Assembly (NCBI GenBank): GCA_902622625.1
Contig: CACNQS010000001.1
Location: 23,942-87,941 of the forward strand
Length of the DNA stretch: 64,000 nucleotides
DNA from: an uncultured Prochlorococcus sp.
Lineage (GTDB): Bacteria; Cyanobacteriota; Cyanobacteriia; PCC-6307; Cyanobiaceae
Direction: 5' to 3'
Shown: positions 61,731 through 64,000 of the stretch, one piece after another
Numbering within the stretch: position 1 is the first letter of the stretch
Layout of the letters: every line of letters starts with the position of its first letter
Notes under the pieces: model-generated
The model's input: only the letters and a program-made list of their open reading frames with translations
What the model was told of the DNA's origin: nothing
The model's database searches: none
Program-made: the position numbers and the translations under genes

Positions 61731-61860
61731 CTTTTATTGGGTAAATATTTTATTTTTTAATGCATAATATTGGTTCATTGTTTATTGTTAGTAAGAAAAA
61801 TGTTCTTTTTACATAATTTGAATATTAAATCCTTTCTAATATTTATTCTGTAATTAAAAA

Positions 61861-63180
61861 ATGAAAGATATTAAATGTCCTTCATGCGGCAAAACTTTCC
61901 GAATTGATCCCAGCAGCATTGAAGAAATACTTCTTCAGATAAAAGACGAAGAATTTAACAAACAAATAAAAGAAAGACTTGTCTTGGCTGAAGAAGATAA
62001 CAAAAAAGCTTTGGAAATTTTAAAACGAGAGTCAAAAATACAGTTAATAGAGCAAAATCGCATTAAAGAGTCTGAGATACAAACTCTTGAATCTAAATTA
62101 AAAATAGCTGAAGAAAAGAAAATAAATGCACTCAATGATTTAAAAAATCAAGCAACAAATAAAATTAATTCATTGAATAATGAATTAATCAAGTTGAAGG
62201 ATGAAATCAAAAACCAGTCTTTAATTACAGAATTATCTTTAAAAAACAAAGTAAGTGAAGCTGTTAATAATTTAGAAAAAGAGAACTCTTCATTAACAAA
62301 TTCTATTGAAAAGATGAAACTTGAACATTCAATTAATGAAAAATTAATTGAAGAAAAGTTTAAAAGCAAAATTAGTGAAAGGGACCTGACTATTCAGGAA
62401 TTAAGAGAAATGAAGTCTAGATTATCTACAAAGATGGTGGGGGAAACCTTAGAAATCCATTGCGAAACCCAATTTAATCTTAATCGTGCGTCTGCGTTTA
62501 AAAACTCATATTTCGAAAAGGATAATGATGCCTCTTCGGGAAGTAAAGGTGACTATATATTTAGAGAATTTGATGAAAATAAAACAGAAGTAGTATCAAT
62601 AATGTTTGAGATGAAGAATGAAAGTTTAAATGGAACTAATAAAAGAAAAAACGAAGATTTCTTAAAGGAATTAGATAAAGATAGAAGGCAAAAATCTTGT
62701 GAATACGCAGTGCTCGTGTCGCTTCTAGAACCAGATAGTGAACTTTATAATGCTGGAATAGTAGACGTGTCTCATAGATTTCCAAAGATGTATGTCATAA
62801 GACCGCAATTTTTCTTGCCCATTATTTCTCTGTTAAGAAATGCATCTATGGAAACATTAAAATACAAATCACAAATTGATTTAATGAGACGCGAGAATTA
62901 CGACATAACTAATTTTGAAAGTACTCTTGAGCAATTCAAAAATGCAGTAGGTAAAAATGTTTCACTTGCCCAAGATAGATTTAATGATGCAATTTCAGAA
63001 ATTGATAAATCAATAACCCATTTACAAAAAACCAAAGAAGCTTTAATTCTTTCGAAAAAACATCTCTTATCAGCTGGCAGCAAATCTCAAGATTTGACAG
63101 TAAAGAAATTAACTAGAAATAACCCAACAATGAAGAAAAAGTTTAATGATTTAAATAATTTCGAAGATGAAGTTGCCTAA
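61861..63180 (+). CDS. DUF2130 domain protein (CxxC, long coiled coil, PD-(D/E)xK-like C-terminal domain)
   Basis: IKCPSCG; STKMVGETLEIHCE; GSKGDYIFR...IMFEMKNE; KELDKDRRQKSCEYAVLVSLLE; YVIRPQFF. Confidence 0.85.
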   Translation: MKDIKCPSCGKTFRIDPSSIEEILLQIKDEEFNKQIKERLVLAEEDNKKALEILKRESKIQLIEQNRIKESEIQTLESKLKIAEEKKINALNDLKNQATNKINSLNNELIKLKDEIKNQSLITELSLKNKVSEAVNNLEKENSSLTNSIEKMKLEHSINEKLIEEKFKSKISERDLTIQELREMKSRLSTKMVGETLEIHCETQFNLNRASAFKNSYFEKDNDASSGSKGDYIFREFDENKTEVVSIMFEMKNESLNGTNKRKNEDFLKELDKDRRQKSCEYAVLVSLLEPDSELYNAGIVDVSHRFPKMYVIRPQFFLPIISLLRNASMETLKYKSQIDLMRRENYDITNFESTLEQFKNAVGKNVSLAQDRFNDAISEIDKSITHLQKTKEALILSKKHLLSAGSKSQDLTVKKLTRNNPTMKKKFNDLNNFEDEVA

Positions 63181-63274
63181 TTAAAAAAGTTTTTGAAATT
63201 AAAAATAGTTAAAAATATATTTAATTTCAAACTTATAAATATATTATAAATATTAAATTACATGGTAAAAAATA

Positions 63275-63556
63275 ATGTCTATCAACACTCCTATTTTTAG
63301 GATTGCCAAAGATCTTAATGTCGAAAGTAATAGAATATTATCAGCCTGCAAGAAACTTGGAATCAACGCAAAAGGTGCGACAAAAAGATTAAATGAAGAA
63401 GAATTAAAAAAAATTAAAAGTTATTTTGAAACGGGAAAAAATGTGTCAGATGAAGTGATCAACTTAAATAAAGTTAAAACCAAAAGCAGTTCTAAAAAAA
63501 TTATAGAAAAGGTAAAGATAAAATATTTTGCAAACAGACTTATTCGCAAATCTTAA
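63275..63556 (+). CDS. Stand-alone translation initiation factor IF-2 N-terminal domain protein
   Basis: IFRIAKDLNVESNRILSACKKLGINAKGATKRL matches the IF2_N pattern; no GTPase domain follows. Confidence 0.75.
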   Translation: MSINTPIFRIAKDLNVESNRILSACKKLGINAKGATKRLNEEELKKIKSYFETGKNVSDEVINLNKVKTKSSSKKIIEKVKIKYFANRLIRKS

Positions 63557-63640
63557 ATAAAAATAATTTTTTTTAATTACTTAAAGGAATAAACCACAGA
63601 AGAAAAAAATAATAATTTATCATAAGTAAAAATACTTAAA

Positions 63641-64000
63641 ATGAGCTTAAGCAAAATTTTAAATTCTCTTGAAAAATCTTGGGAAAGAGATCATATTCTT
63701 TTAAATATAAAGAAGGGGTTGGGAACAGATGAGATAGTTAATGAATTTCTTGTTAAAAACGAAAGCAAAGTTAAAGAATTAAACTCTTTATTAAGGCCTG
63801 AAGATATTGATTTATTAAATCAAGTAGAAAAACTATCAACTTGTGAATCCAAATTAATAAATGAGATTAAAAATTTAAATTACTTAGAAAATAATGAACA
63901 TAATGACATTCTGAATCAGAAAAAAATTGTTCCATCTAATAGGTTTTCTAATAACAAAATTAGTTCATTCATGATTAATTGGAGTAACAAATTTGTAGTT
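63641..64000 (+). CDS. Hypothetical protein; 3' end runs off the window
   Basis: Open frame from ATG 63641, MSLSKILNSLEKSWERDHILLNIKKGLGTDEIV..., 120 codons with no stop. Confidence 0.7.
   Translation, partial: MSLSKILNSLEKSWERDHILLNIKKGLGTDEIVNEFLVKNESKVKELNSLLRPEDIDLLNQVEKLSTCESKLINEIKNLNYLENNEHNDILNQKKIVPSNRFSNNKISSFMINWSNKFVV

Overview
AT-rich, gene-dense cyanobacterial chromosome segment. Gene content, order and protein sequences point to a high-light-adapted Prochlorococcus (inference from protein similarity and synteny as I recall it, not from a search). Bases 1-57,400 are core genome: central carbon metabolism (prk, class I and class II aldolases in tandem, glpX, rpe, gnd, pgl, glgC, accD), amino acid, purine and tetrapyrrole genes (hisA, proB, leuB, ilvD, purQS, hemA, chlP, pcyA, cobW), translation (rpsB with its leader RNA, tsf, typA, glyS), envelope and transport (lpxD, a lone lptB, devBCA, two M15 peptidases) and proteostasis (M16 pair, ftsH, clpP, psb29). 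From about 57,480 to the end the window looks island-like: many small hypothetical ORFs, an RHH regulator, a DUF2130 coiled-coil/nuclease-like protein and a stand-alone IF2 N-terminal domain protein. I saw no rRNA, tRNA, CRISPR array, transposase or integrase. The most interesting observations are: an Rpe with both metal-binding His replaced by Gln; several micro-ORFs missed by the ORF track (a DnaJ-type zinc finger behind cobW, a basic peptide upstream of the GT2/rpsB genes, a membrane peptide coupled to petN, and a paralogous helical pair); an lptB with no partner genes next to it; and a degenerate Upp. No complete novel multi-gene system can be demonstrated from the sequence alone.
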